Shown here piece by piece: positions 53,824-63,602 of a DNA stretch of 64,000 nucleotides. The DNA is from an uncultured Erysipelotrichaceae bacterium (lineage in GTDB: Bacteria > Bacillota_I > Bacilli_A > Erysipelotrichales > Erysipelotrichaceae). The notes beneath the pieces were generated by a model. It did not search any database. It had not been told where the DNA came from and was given only the letters and a program-made list of their open reading frames with translations. The stretch's first letter is position 1, and every line of letters begins with the position of its first letter. The stretch is taken from assembly GCA_934725085.1 (NCBI GenBank), contig CAKVAL010000003.1:22894-86893 (forward strand). Reading direction: 5' to 3'. Both the position numbers and the translations under genes were made by a program.

Positions 53824-54525
53824 ATGGAAAAATATCAAAGTAGTGATGGCTATTCTTATATCTTGGGTATTTCTTTAACAATTGAGGCATTAAATAAGAT
53901 TCCTCAATATATGGAGAAGGTTTATGTGTCTAAGAAGGCGATTAAGAATGAACAATTTAATAAATTAGTTTCTTTGTGTGAGAATCTAAATATACCTATT
54001 ATTGAAGATGATAATGTGATTAACAAGTTGTCTGTTAAAGAAAATTGTTATGGGATTGGTTTTTTTAGGAAGTATGTCCATGAATTAGGAACCAATGGGC
54101 ATATTGTCTTATATAATTTTTCTAATCCTGGAGAATTGGGCACTATTTTTAGAAGTGCTGTTTCTTTTGACTTTCATAATATTGTCTTAATTAATTCTAG
54201 TGTTGATTATTATGATCCTAAGGTTATTAGGGCTAGTATGGGTTCTATTTTCCATTTGAATATTAAGGAATATTCTTCTTTGGAAGATTATTATAAAGAT
54301 TATAAGTATAACTTATATCCTTTCTGTGGTAATGGGACTATTGAATTAAATGATTTGAAATTAAAGGTACCTTATAGTATTATCATTCCTCAAAATTATA
54401 CAGACTTAGATGATATGTTTAAAACATCTTATTATTTAAAACATAAGGGATTAGATTCTATTTCTTTGTCTTCACTTAGTGCTATTGTCTTGAATCGCTG
54501 TTACTTATTAAATCTTAAACGATAG
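53824..54525 (+). CDS. TrmH/SpoU-family RNA 2'-O-methyltransferase
   Basis: The C-terminal SpoU knot motifs are partly visible (NPGELGTIFRSA, IRASMGSIFHL). The ATG at 53824 is preferred over the TTG at 53779. Confidence 0.65.
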   Translation: MEKYQSSDGYSYILGISLTIEALNKIPQYMEKVYVSKKAIKNEQFNKLVSLCENLNIPIIEDDNVINKLSVKENCYGIGFFRKYVHELGTNGHIVLYNFSNPGELGTIFRSAVSFDFHNIVLINSSVDYYDPKVIRASMGSIFHLNIKEYSSLEDYYKDYKYNLYPFCGNGTIELNDLKLKVPYSIIIPQNYTDLDDMFKTSYYLKHKGLDSISLSSLSAIVLNRCYLLNLKR

Positions 54526-55313
54526 GTACAGTGTTTACATAAGGGTAATAATAGTTTCTTATTATTTAACGCAATAAGTGCTTCTTTATATAAGGGGCTA
54601 TCTAAGATATCTTTTAGAGAATCGGTGTTTAAATCACCGATTTTATTTATGCCACAAGAATCTAGGCAACATGCGGTTACACTTCCATCGTGTAATATCG
54701 CTATTTGGTCTTTTAAGCCATGACAAAGGCCGTTTTCACCAATATAGGTATCATTGATATCGGGCCATCTAAACATCTTTTGGTGATAAATGTAGACCTT
54801 ATCTTTGATTTTGTATGATTGATTTTTTTTAGTTGATTCGAGTCCATATAAAGATTCGAGCCCATTTAAGAATTCGGTCAACTTATCATCCAAATTATTC
54901 AAATCATAGAATCTAAGTTCAATAATCTTATCGTTATTATTTTTAATCAACTTAAGAATATAATCAAAGTAATCATCACTTACATTAATGTTGTTGATTG
55001 AATGTAATGAGATAGATAATTTTCTTAAGCATTTATGGCTTAATAAATTAGGATATTTATTTAATAAGATACCGTTGGTAACTAATTGTAGGTTAAAGTC
55101 TTTTTCATCTAAGAGTTTCAATATTTGATCAAAATTTGGGTGAAGTAAGGGTTCACCTAGTACATGCAAGTAGATGTAATTGCCAAATTCTTTTATTTGA
55201 TTAAGATAATTATCAATATCATCTAGACTCATAAAAGTTGTTCCTTTTTTGTTAGTACAAAAGGAACAATTAAGATTACAAGCGTTAGTTATTTCTAGAT
55301 ATACTCTTTTCAC
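54501..55313 (-). CDS. radical SAM protein with C-terminal Cys-rich (SPASM/twitch-like) region
   Basis: CNLNCSFC (CxxxCxxC) lies at residues 11-18. C-terminal cysteines are CCLDSCG...CKHC. Confidence 0.75.
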   Translation of the reverse strand: MKRVYLEITNACNLNCSFCTNKKGTTFMSLDDIDNYLNQIKEFGNYIYLHVLGEPLLHPNFDQILKLLDEKDFNLQLVTNGILLNKYPNLLSHKCLRKLSISLHSINNINVSDDYFDYILKLIKNNNDKIIELRFYDLNNLDDKLTEFLNGLESLYGLESTKKNQSYKIKDKVYIYHQKMFRWPDINDTYIGENGLCHGLKDQIAILHDGSVTACCLDSCGINKIGDLNTDSLKDILDSPLYKEALIALNNKKLLLPLCKHCTYRLRFNK

Positions 55314-55342
55314 TTATTCAATTATAAAGGTATAATTGTTAC

Positions 55343-56188
55343 ATGTCTAAAATTTTATATATCGATAAGCCCAAAGGGATTACTTCCTTTGATTTGTGCT
55401 TTAAACTTAGAAAAGTATTTAATACAAAGAAAATTGGTCATACTGGAACCCTTGATCCTAATGCGACAGGTTTAATGGTTTGTTTAATTGATGGTGCTTC
55501 TAAGACTAATCAATTTCTTGTGAGTGCTAATAAAGAATATATCGCAACTGTTAAGTTAGGTATTAGAACAGATAGTGAGGATATTGATGGTAATATCTTA
55601 GAGGAAAAAGAAGAGGTTATGCCTAGTTTTGAATTAATTGTTGAGACAATTAAATCCTTTATTGGTAAATCTGAACAAATTCCTCCTATGGCATCAGCTA
55701 TTAAGATTAATGGTAAGAAGCTGTATGAATATATGCGCAATAATGAAACAGTAGAACTAAAGCCACGTCCTATTGAGGTTTTTTCTATTGAATTATTAGA
55801 TGTGGCTGATAATACATTTACTATTAGTTGTAAGGTAAGTAGTGGTACTTATATTAGAACTTTGGTTCAAGATATTTTAAAGAAATTAGGGGTTATTGGT
55901 ACCCTAAGTGATTTAAGAAGAACGGCCATTGATGATATTTCATTAGATGAGGCGGATACTTTGGAAGAAGTTTTAAATGGCAATTATCATGCACATTCTA
56001 TTTATGAAGTATTGTCTAAGTATTATGAAGTCTATGTTGCGGGGGACGCTAAGGCTATTAAGGATGGTAAACCACTTAAGTACAATAGTGAAGCTAATGA
56101 AATCTTATGTGTTGATGGTGATAATACGGCTTTAGCTATTTACCGTAAGGAAAATGGTGTTTATCGTTGCGTTAGAGGACTTTTATGA
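55343..56188 (+). CDS. truB: tRNA pseudouridine55 synthase
   Basis: GHTGTLDPNATG catalytic Asp motif. Confidence 0.93.
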   Translation: MSKILYIDKPKGITSFDLCFKLRKVFNTKKIGHTGTLDPNATGLMVCLIDGASKTNQFLVSANKEYIATVKLGIRTDSEDIDGNILEEKEEVMPSFELIVETIKSFIGKSEQIPPMASAIKINGKKLYEYMRNNETVELKPRPIEVFSIELLDVADNTFTISCKVSSGTYIRTLVQDILKKLGVIGTLSDLRRTAIDDISLDEADTLEEVLNGNYHAHSIYEVLSKYYEVYVAGDAKAIKDGKPLKYNSEANEILCVDGDNTALAIYRKENGVYRCVRGLL

Positions 56189-56733
56189 TTTCTGTGCATT
56201 ATTTTAAGGATAATGTTCAAATACCTCCTAATATCGCTTGTATTGGCTGTTTTGATGGGGTTCATAGAGGTCATCAAGAATTAATTAATAAAACGGTTAA
56301 ATTAGCGAAGGAAAAGAATTTAGAGCCGATGGTTATAACTTTTGACCCAGATCCAATTGAAATCTTTGGTGATGGACATATGTTACTAACAACATTAAAT
56401 GAAAGAATTAAGTTATTTGAAAGATTTGGTATTGAAGAAGTATTAATTATTCATTTTGATGAAAAGGTAATGAATAAGTCTCCTTTAGAATTTAAAGAAG
56501 AGATCTTAGATAAATTAAATATCGATACGCTTATATGTGGTTTTGACTTTACCTATGGTTATAAGGGTCAAGGAAATATTGATACTTTAAAGAAAGATGG
56601 AGTTAATTTAATAGTTATTCCTGAATATCGTTATTATGGTAAGAAGATTTCTAGTTCTCGAATTAGAAAAGAATTAGAAAAGAAGAATTATAATTTTGTG
56701 AATAAATTACTTGGTTATGAATACAAAAAATAG
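56185..56733 (+). CDS. FAD synthetase (FMN adenylyltransferase) domain only, with no riboflavin kinase domain
   Basis: GCFDGVHRGHQ nucleotidyltransferase motif. The ORF ends (LLGYEYKK*) where the kinase domain of bifunctional RibF would start. Confidence 0.75.
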   Translation: MISVHYFKDNVQIPPNIACIGCFDGVHRGHQELINKTVKLAKEKNLEPMVITFDPDPIEIFGDGHMLLTTLNERIKLFERFGIEEVLIIHFDEKVMNKSPLEFKEEILDKLNIDTLICGFDFTYGYKGQGNIDTLKKDGVNLIVIPEYRYYGKKISSSRIRKELEKKNYNFVNKLLGYEYKK

Positions 56734-57988
56734 AGAATTATTTATTGAAAGAGCGAAATTATATTTTAAAGATAGGGCAGATGAATTTATCAAGCTTATT
56801 GACGATAAGCCTACATCTGGCTTCTTTCTTAATGAAAAAAAGGCAAATAAAGAAACTATATTAAGTCTAGTTGATTTTGACTATAGTCCTTTTGAACTAA
56901 ATCCAAAGTCTTTTAAGAGTAATGAAGAATCAATCGGCAAGTCAAAGGCCTATGAATTAGGCTTGATTTATCCTCAGGATAACGAATCTTCTATGCCTTC
57001 TACCTTGTTTGATCCTACAAACATAAAAACAGCAATCGACTTATGCGCGGCACCTGGCGGTAAGAGCATTAACGCCTTAAATAAACTTAATGATGATGTT
57101 TTATTTATCAGTAATGATGTTTCAAATAAAAGGGCTAGTATTTTATCTAACAATTTAGAAAGAATGGGTTTTGAGAATTGTTTAATCACTAATCTAAAAC
57201 CTGAATATTTAGCTGATAAGTTTGAAGGTTTATTCGATTTAGTCATCTTAGATGCTCCATGTTCTGGTGAAGGAATGATTAGAAAGTATCCCGAGATCCT
57301 GGATACTTATTCAACTGCCAATATATTATCGATTGCAGAAATTCAAAAGAATCTTTTGGATGATGCCTATAAATTGTTGAATGAGGGTGGCCAACTAGTC
57401 TATTCTACTTGTACTTTTGCGTTTGAGGAAGATGAAGATCAGGTAAATAATTTTTTAAACAAGTACAAGGATATGAAGCTTGTTGGTGATTGTAAGAAGT
57501 TGTCTTTCTTAGATGGCTGCGAAGGACAGTTTATGGCCTTATTAAAAAAGGATGGGACTTTAGTTAATAAGAAATATAAATCTAAGAAAACAGTAAATAA
57601 TAAAACAGTCGCATCTTTCATTAAAGATAATATCGATATCGATGAATATTATTTATATAGTCATGATAATAATTATTATTTGTCTTTGATACCTATGCCT
57701 GATTTAGATAGAGGCATTGTAAGAACAGGTATTTATCTAGGTGAAGTAAAGAAAGATCGTTTTGAGCCAGCTTATAATTTGTATCGTAGTAATAAACTTA
57801 AATTTAAATATAAATATGATTTAAATGATGATGAATATAATAAATTCATCAAAGGTGAATCATTACAAGTTAACTTGTCTAATCATTATTATCAGGTTAC
57901 TTATAAGGGTTTTCCTCTAGCTTATGGCAAGTGTAGCAATAATGAGCTAAAAAACAAGTATCCTAAAGGTTTAAGAAGGGTGGTATAA
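56711..57988 (+). CDS. NOL1/NOP2/Sun-family rRNA cytosine-C5 methyltransferase (RsmF/RsmB-like)
   Basis: DLCAAPGGKS SAM motif, DAPCSGEGM and YSTCTF catalytic Cys motifs. Confidence 0.85.
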   Translation: MVMNTKNRELFIERAKLYFKDRADEFIKLIDDKPTSGFFLNEKKANKETILSLVDFDYSPFELNPKSFKSNEESIGKSKAYELGLIYPQDNESSMPSTLFDPTNIKTAIDLCAAPGGKSINALNKLNDDVLFISNDVSNKRASILSNNLERMGFENCLITNLKPEYLADKFEGLFDLVILDAPCSGEGMIRKYPEILDTYSTANILSIAEIQKNLLDDAYKLLNEGGQLVYSTCTFAFEEDEDQVNNFLNKYKDMKLVGDCKKLSFLDGCEGQFMALLKKDGTLVNKKYKSKKTVNNKTVASFIKDNIDIDEYYLYSHDNNYYLSLIPMPDLDRGIVRTGIYLGEVKKDRFEPAYNLYRSNKLKFKYKYDLNDDEYNKFIKGESLQVNLSNHYYQVTYKGFPLAYGKCSNNELKNKYPKGLRRVV

Positions 57989-57995
57989 TCTAATT

Positions 57996-58298
57996 ATGAT
58001 AAATACAAATGAATACGGAAAAATTGAAGTTTCTAATAAGGCTATCAATGATATTGCAGATCTTGCGCTAGATTCTATTGATGAAGTTTATCCTTTTAAG
58101 AAGGAAAATAATTGTGTTTGTTCATTCAAGGATGATGAACTAAGAGTTACAGTTTTAATTAAGGTTAAACAAGGTTGTGATGTAGTTAAGAAATGCAATC
58201 TTCTTCAATCTAAAATCAAAGAAGCTATTGCAGGTATGACTGGAATTGAATGTAAGAGTGTAGATATCGACATTCAAGGATTTGTGACTGAAAAGTAG
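57996..58298 (+). CDS. Asp23/Gls24-family envelope stress protein
   Basis: The GKIEVSNKAINDIA N-terminus and VDIDIQG C-terminus are typical of Asp23/DUF322. Confidence 0.75.
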   Translation: MINTNEYGKIEVSNKAINDIADLALDSIDEVYPFKKENNCVCSFKDDELRVTVLIKVKQGCDVVKKCNLLQSKIKEAIAGMTGIECKSVDIDIQGFVTEK

Positions 58299-58338
58299 AA
58301 GTTCATAAAAGGACTTCTTTTATTTTGCCCATAATAAA

Positions 58339-58366
58339 ATTAGGATGTACATTTGTACATCCTAAT
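58339..58366. terminator. bidirectional terminator between asp23 and ponA
   Basis: Perfect 12-bp stem ATTAGGATGTAC/GTACATCCTAAT with a 4-nt loop. Confidence 0.75.
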
Positions 58367-58370
58367 TAAA

Positions 58371-61367
58371 TTAACCGTTTATAGTAATTGATTTCTTTAC
58401 GCCGTTTGATGTAGCCACCACGATAATAGTGCCACCACCATAGACATCAACACTAGTTCCGTTGTCAGTATATGAATCAGCACCACTGATGTCCCAAGTT
58501 ACGCTGTCAACGTTGTTGGCGGTAATTCTAACGCCACCACTAATTGGTGATTGTGTTAATTCAAGTTCTGCTTCCTTGATACTAACTACCTTAATTGTGA
58601 ATTTAGTTGAAGCTAAATAACTTTGTTTAACACTTACTGCAACCCCTTGAGAATAAGACTTGCCATTTGAATCGGTTATAGATACTGATTCAGAAGTTCC
58701 TGTTTCATTCTTTATATCAATATTATCTTCTTTTACACCAATACTGATTAAGTAGTTCTTAATATCATCAGCATTTGTAGTACTTGGTATTTGTAGTGAA
58801 ACATCTTTGTCTTCAATCTTTACATCAATACACTTTTGAGTAGAAGATACATTTAATTTTTCATAACCATAGTATGCACAAACTGTTACAGTATCACCAG
58901 GATTTGCCGTAATATCGAAGCTATTAGTTTCCTTATCGCTAGTTACAGTTTGAGAATTACCATTTACTTTAATTTCAGCCTTGTATTGGATTGGACCATA
59001 AATCCAAGTGTAATCAAATAAACGTTTACCAGTAGCTTCAATAATAGCTGAACCATCATTTCTTCTTAAAGAGATATCTAAGTCTTCACTAGCTACTGTC
59101 AATGAACTTTCATCTGGGTACTTAGGCCATGTGATTTCAAGTTTGCCATTATTGTAAGTAACCTTAGGATCGCCATTCATTGGTTCTACCTTAGCTTCTT
59201 CAGGATTTACAAGACTTGCATATTCTTTTTTGATTAGACCACTTGTAATATATTTTTCATCCATTCCATCAATTGGAGCAGCATATGGATAAGTACCAAG
59301 AATATGAGAGATAGAAACAACACCGCTTGGTCTTTCTAAACTCTTAGGCTTGCCATATTCTTTTACAGTTGTATCGATAATGGCGTTTGTTGTCTTACCT
59401 TGAATATTAGATAAGTAATCATTTAGTGTGATATAAGACTGTTTATTCTTTTGAGCTCTTTCATAACCAATCCATGTACATACTGTATATTCACTAGTAG
59501 AAGCCATCATCCAAGCATCCTTGATAGCGCCGGTAGGGATACCATATGCTTGACCACTTGTTCCCCAGTCGGTAGTACCAGTCTTAGCATATACTGGATA
59601 ATCATCGATTAATATTTGCATAAGATTTGCATAACCACCACTAACATTTGACTGTAGTAGGGTATCCATCATATATGCTGCCTCACTTGATACTGTTTGT
59701 TTACTTTGATAAGTAGGAGTAACAGGCGATGTTCCATCTAAGAATTCAATACGTTTAATCGTATGAGGCTTTGTGTATTGACCTAGATTCAATAGAGCAC
59801 CTTGAGCAGCAGCTAATTGCTCACATGATACTGTAATCTTATTACCACCAATACCACACTGTACATCAAAGTCTTCTAGACTAATGTCAATGCCCATGTC
59901 GTTTAAATACTTAACAACATATTCTCTTCCCTTTGTATTAATTACTTGTTGAAGAGCTTGAATAGCTGTTGTGTTTAATGAATTACCTAAGGCGTCTTTT
60001 AGAGTGACTTCGCCTCTATATTGACCATTGGCATTGGCAATGACAATTGAAGTTCCATCATATACGATAGGCTTATCAACCATTACATGGCTTGTAGACC
60101 AACCTAGATTTTCAAAAGCCAATACATAGTCAAGAATCGGTTTGATAGCTGAACCTGGTTGTTTCTTTTGTTCAGTAGCGTGATTTAGAAGTAATGAACC
60201 ACCACTTGCATAGTTTCTACCACCTAGGATACCAACAACCTCGCCAGTTGCGTTATTGATTGCGATAGAAGCCAATTCAAATTCATCATCTGGGAATTCG
60301 ATTCCTTCATATCTTTCTTCTTGGATGCTGTCCATTGCTAGTTGAACATTCTTATTCATGCAAGTGTAGATACGCATACCTTGAGAGTATGGATCCTTAC
60401 CTGTTAATTCATATACTTCAGATACAACTGCATCAATATATGCTTGATAAGGAGAGCCGCTACCACTTGAATTATTCTTAGAATAATCTACTAGCAAATC
60501 TTCAACCTTAATGTTTTTAGCAAGTTTATATTCATCATCAGTGATATAGCCATGATAATTCATTAGATATAAGACTTGATTTCTTCTCTCTGTTGCTAAT
60601 TCGAGATTGTTGAAAGGGTTATAAGCATTAGGAGCATTGATAATACCTGCAAGCATTGCACTTTCCGCAAGATTTAATTCACTTACATCTTTACCGAAAT
60701 AATATTCACTAGCTTTTTGGACACCTCTAATATTACGATTACCACCAAAGTTAATCTTGTTTAAATATAGTTCTAAGATAGTTCTCTTGTTGATTTCATT
60801 ACTCTTTTCAAGTTCCATAGCTAGGGCGATTTCTTGAACCTTTCTAGCTACACCTGATAAACCTTTTCTACTTGCGGTTGTACCTTCTTCATCATTTGAG
60901 AAGTAAGTATTTTTAACAAGTTGCATCGTGAAAGTACTACCACCTTGAGAGAATGATCTAGTTTTAATATTTGATAATAAAGCTTTTGTGAAACGAGGAA
61001 CGTCAAAGCCATTGTGTTCAAAGAAACGGCTATCCTCAACAGCAACAAACGCATCTACTAAAATTTGAGGCAATTCGTTATAGCTTACGTTTTCTCTGAT
61101 TGTGGCACCAAGTTCAGCTACCATATCGCCATTTTCATCATAAATTACAGAAGATTCACTATTAGTAAACTTAGAAACATCAAGCTCCGGTTTAGTTCTT
61201 AGCATATTAGCTACTGTAATAAGTCCGATTGTTACACCGATTAAACCAATACAGACAATTACCGCAATAATTGTTGCCCAAAGATTTAATTTACTCATTT
61301 TTCTTTTAGGCTTCTTAGTTTTAATTGGCTTTACATTCTTTTTAATTTGTTTAGTATTGTTTTCCAT
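58371..61367 (-). CDS. ponA: bifunctional class A penicillin-binding protein (PBP1A-type) with long C-terminal extension
   Basis: Glycosyltransferase motifs (EDSRFFEHNG, GGSTFTMQL) and transpeptidase SxxK (GSAIKP). recU-ponA synteny. Confidence 0.92.
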   Translation of the reverse strand: MENNTKQIKKNVKPIKTKKPKRKMSKLNLWATIIAVIVCIGLIGVTIGLITVANMLRTKPELDVSKFTNSESSVIYDENGDMVAELGATIRENVSYNELPQILVDAFVAVEDSRFFEHNGFDVPRFTKALLSNIKTRSFSQGGSTFTMQLVKNTYFSNDEEGTTASRKGLSGVARKVQEIALAMELEKSNEINKRTILELYLNKINFGGNRNIRGVQKASEYYFGKDVSELNLAESAMLAGIINAPNAYNPFNNLELATERRNQVLYLMNYHGYITDDEYKLAKNIKVEDLLVDYSKNNSSGSGSPYQAYIDAVVSEVYELTGKDPYSQGMRIYTCMNKNVQLAMDSIQEERYEGIEFPDDEFELASIAINNATGEVVGILGGRNYASGGSLLLNHATEQKKQPGSAIKPILDYVLAFENLGWSTSHVMVDKPIVYDGTSIVIANANGQYRGEVTLKDALGNSLNTTAIQALQQVINTKGREYVVKYLNDMGIDISLEDFDVQCGIGGNKITVSCEQLAAAQGALLNLGQYTKPHTIKRIEFLDGTSPVTPTYQSKQTVSSEAAYMMDTLLQSNVSGGYANLMQILIDDYPVYAKTGTTDWGTSGQAYGIPTGAIKDAWMMASTSEYTVCTWIGYERAQKNKQSYITLNDYLSNIQGKTTNAIIDTTVKEYGKPKSLERPSGVVSISHILGTYPYAAPIDGMDEKYITSGLIKKEYASLVNPEEAKVEPMNGDPKVTYNNGKLEITWPKYPDESSLTVASEDLDISLRRNDGSAIIEATGKRLFDYTWIYGPIQYKAEIKVNGNSQTVTSDKETNSFDITANPGDTVTVCAYYGYEKLNVSSTQKCIDVKIEDKDVSLQIPSTTNADDIKNYLISIGVKEDNIDIKNETGTSESVSITDSNGKSYSQGVAVSVKQSYLASTKFTIKVVSIKEAELELTQSPISGGVRITANNVDSVTWDISGADSYTDNGTSVDVYGGGTIIVVATSNGVKKSITING

Positions 61368-61929
61368 TTGTTTTCTCCATTAATTTATCTACTATCTTCA
61401 AATAGTCACAAGGTCTTTGATAATTATATGTAATCAAATAACCGTTCTCTTTAATCCATGTATAAGGCAAAGACTGTCTTGCACGGTTTTTGTAGTATTC
61501 TATAAAATCTTCCGCATCTATCAAATAATCCTCATTGTACTTAACCATTCTAATGATGACAAAGGCGATAGCTCCGTGTCTTAGAACTGCTGATAAGTGT
61601 TCAATTTGATGTGGATGTATTGAAGAAAAGGGGAAACTTGTTAAAGAAGAACACTCTTTCGCTTCAAAATCAATATATTTATTCTTATAGATACCGTTAT
61701 AATCTGTTGTACTTGGAAGCTTGAAATAAGCTTCAGTAATTTTAGCTTTGTTTCGTGAAGGGTAATCTACCTTTACGATATTAATAGGTGTAGGTTTTTT
61801 ATGAATAATGGCAGTATCAGTTAAAAGATAGTCATTGTTAGTGACATTGATGTCCTCTTCTAAAGTCATACCTCTATTAGAATAGTTTGTAGTATGTTGA
61901 CTCTTTTTCTTGCCACCGGGATAATTCAT
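61351..61929 (-). CDS. recU: Holliday junction resolvase RecU
   Basis: MNYPGGKK...YSNRGMTLEEDIN matches the RecU N-terminus. The ATG at 61929 is preferred over the TTG at 61941. Confidence 0.9.
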   Translation of the reverse strand: MNYPGGKKKSQHTTNYSNRGMTLEEDINVTNNDYLLTDTAIIHKKPTPINIVKVDYPSRNKAKITEAYFKLPSTTDYNGIYKNKYIDFEAKECSSLTSFPFSSIHPHQIEHLSAVLRHGAIAFVIIRMVKYNEDYLIDAEDFIEYYKNRARQSLPYTWIKENGYLITYNYQRPCDYLKIVDKLMEKTNGKQY

Positions 61930-62010
61930 AAAACTACTCAAGTATTATACATTATTATTAATTGTCTTAAAAGTGCGCAATGTGATATTATATCTATGGA
62001 GATTTTTATT

Positions 62011-62325
62011 ATGGAAACATTGAATTTAACGCCAGAACAAATTTTGAACAACGAATTTAGTGTAGAATTTAAGGGATATTCACCAGCTGAAGTGGATGCT
62101 TTTTTAGATCAAATCCTAGAAGATTATCAAATTAGCGAAGACAATACTCAAGAATTACTTGACTTAATCGCATCTTTACAAGATCAAATTAAGAAATTGA
62201 ATTCTAAGATTATTGAACTTGAAGGTAAACAAAAGGCCTTCGATATCTCGAATACTACTTCTTATAGTTCAGTTGATATTTTAAAGAGAATTTCTAGGCT
62301 AGAAGAAGAAGTTTATAGTAAGTAA
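62011..62325 (+). CDS. gpsB: cell-cycle protein GpsB (DivIVA domain)
   Basis: LTPEQILNNEFSVEFKGYSPAEVDAFLDQI DivIVA N-terminal motif. GGAG RBS. The track start at 61894 overlaps recU. Confidence 0.88.
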   Translation: METLNLTPEQILNNEFSVEFKGYSPAEVDAFLDQILEDYQISEDNTQELLDLIASLQDQIKKLNSKIIELEGKQKAFDISNTTSYSSVDILKRISRLEEEVYSK

Positions 62326-62656
62326 CAACATTAGGCAATCGCTGCCTTTATAGGTAGAGGAAAGTCCATGCTCGCACAATCTGCGATGATTGTAGTGTTT
62401 ATGCTAGGTTAATAAATAAGCCTAGGCAACGTAAGTTGACGGCTGGAGATGTTCCTAAGGGAAACTATGGAACTATCCTATAAAAGTGTCAAAGAGACGA
62501 GCCTTATAGAAATATAAGGAGTGGAACGTGATAAACCCCATAAGCGAGAAACCCAAATTTGGTAGGGGAACCTGAACGGGTGAAATGAAATCCAATCGGG
62601 CTGGTAACAGAGATAAATGATTGCTTGATACAGAACATGGCTTATTTGTGTTGTTT
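62323..62656 (+). ncRNA. rnpB: RNase P RNA, type B (Bacillus-type)
   Basis: GAGGAAAGTCCATGCTCGCAC, AGTGGAACGTGATAAACCCC..AGCGAGAAACCCAAATTTGGTAGGGGAACC and ACAGAACATGGCTTA match B. subtilis rnpB blocks. P1 pairs AACAACA with TGTGTTGTT. Confidence 0.92.
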
Positions 62657-62660
62657 AGAT

Positions 62661-62690
62661 AGAAAGACTGAATTAAGTCTTTCTTTTTTT
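62661..62690 (+). terminator. intrinsic terminator after rnpB
   Basis: AGAAAGACT-gaatta-AGTCTTTCT followed by TTTTTT. Confidence 0.8.
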
Positions 62691-62723
62691 AAATCTTTCC
62701 TATATACTTTAAAAGTACTTAAT

Positions 62724-62840
62724 ATCGTATATACTTTCGAAGAGATGGTGAAAGTGTTTCTACCTTATGACCTTACATAAGACTACGATGAAACTTTTTC
62801 ATGTGTCTTCTGTATCTTACAGAAGCTTTTTAATTTTTTA
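62724..62840 (+). promoter_or_regulatory. guanine-class purine riboswitch (aptamer 62724-62789) with expression-platform terminator (62807-62840)
   Basis: P1 is ATCGTA/TACGAT. The conserved core TATA..GATGG..GTTTCTACC..GACTA is present. There is a C at the specificity position (GAC before P1). The terminator is CTTCTGTA-tct-TACAGAAG plus a T-run, upstream of purC. Confidence 0.82.
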
Positions 62841-62873
62841 CGATGCTAAGTATAGAAAACAAGGAGAAACGAA

Positions 62874-63557
62874 ATGAAAGAACTATACGTTGGCAAAACT
62901 AAAAATGTTTATGAACTTGAAAATGGTAATGTATTATTAAAATTCAAGGATGACTGCACAGGCAAAGATGGCGTTTTTGATCCAGGAGAGAATACTGTTG
63001 GCTTAACAATTGAAGGCATCGGTAAGGCTAACCTAGAAACTAGTACTTATTACTTTAACTTATTAAAGGAAGCTGGAATTAAGACTCACTTTGTTAGCTC
63101 TAACTTAGATGATGCAACTATGGAAGTATTGAAGGCAACTGTATTTGGCCATGGTTTAGAAGTTATTTGTCGTTTAGTTGCGACAGGTTCTTTTATCCGT
63201 AGATATGGTGAATATATTGAAGATGGAACACCACTTGAAGGTGGCTATGTTGAATGCACATTCAAGAATGATGCTAAGGGTGATCCACTTGTAACTAAGG
63301 AAGGTTTAGTAGCTTTAAAAATAATGAGCGCTGAACAATTTGAATCAGTAAAGGAACAAACTTTAAAGATTACTAAGGTTGTAGCTGATGATTTAAAGAC
63401 AATCGGTCTAGACCTATGGGATATCAAGTTTGAATTTGGCTATTGCGGTGATGAAGTAGTTCTAATCGATGAAATCGCATCAGGCAATATGCGTGTATAC
63501 AAAGACGGTAAGATCGTTGATCCAGTAGAACTTACAAAATTAATTTTAAACAGATAA
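62874..63557 (+). CDS. purC: phosphoribosylaminoimidazole-succinocarboxamide synthase
   Basis: Typical SAICAR synthetase sequence (YVGKTKNVY, the KDGVFD region, and KFEFG). Confidence 0.92.
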   Translation: MKELYVGKTKNVYELENGNVLLKFKDDCTGKDGVFDPGENTVGLTIEGIGKANLETSTYYFNLLKEAGIKTHFVSSNLDDATMEVLKATVFGHGLEVICRLVATGSFIRRYGEYIEDGTPLEGGYVECTFKNDAKGDPLVTKEGLVALKIMSAEQFESVKEQTLKITKVVADDLKTIGLDLWDIKFEFGYCGDEVVLIDEIASGNMRVYKDGKIVDPVELTKLILNR

Positions 63558-63602
63558 TATAAGCCCTTTTATAGGGCTTATTAATATGTGGAAAGGAAAT
63601 AT

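Noticed and set aside
63559-63582. Hairpin ATAAGCCC-tttta-TAGGGCTTAT between purC and purF, considered as a terminator.
   Set aside because: It is not followed by a T-run (TAATATG follows), and purF begins 20 nt later with its own RBS. It is more likely an mRNA stability or processing hairpin within the pur operon.
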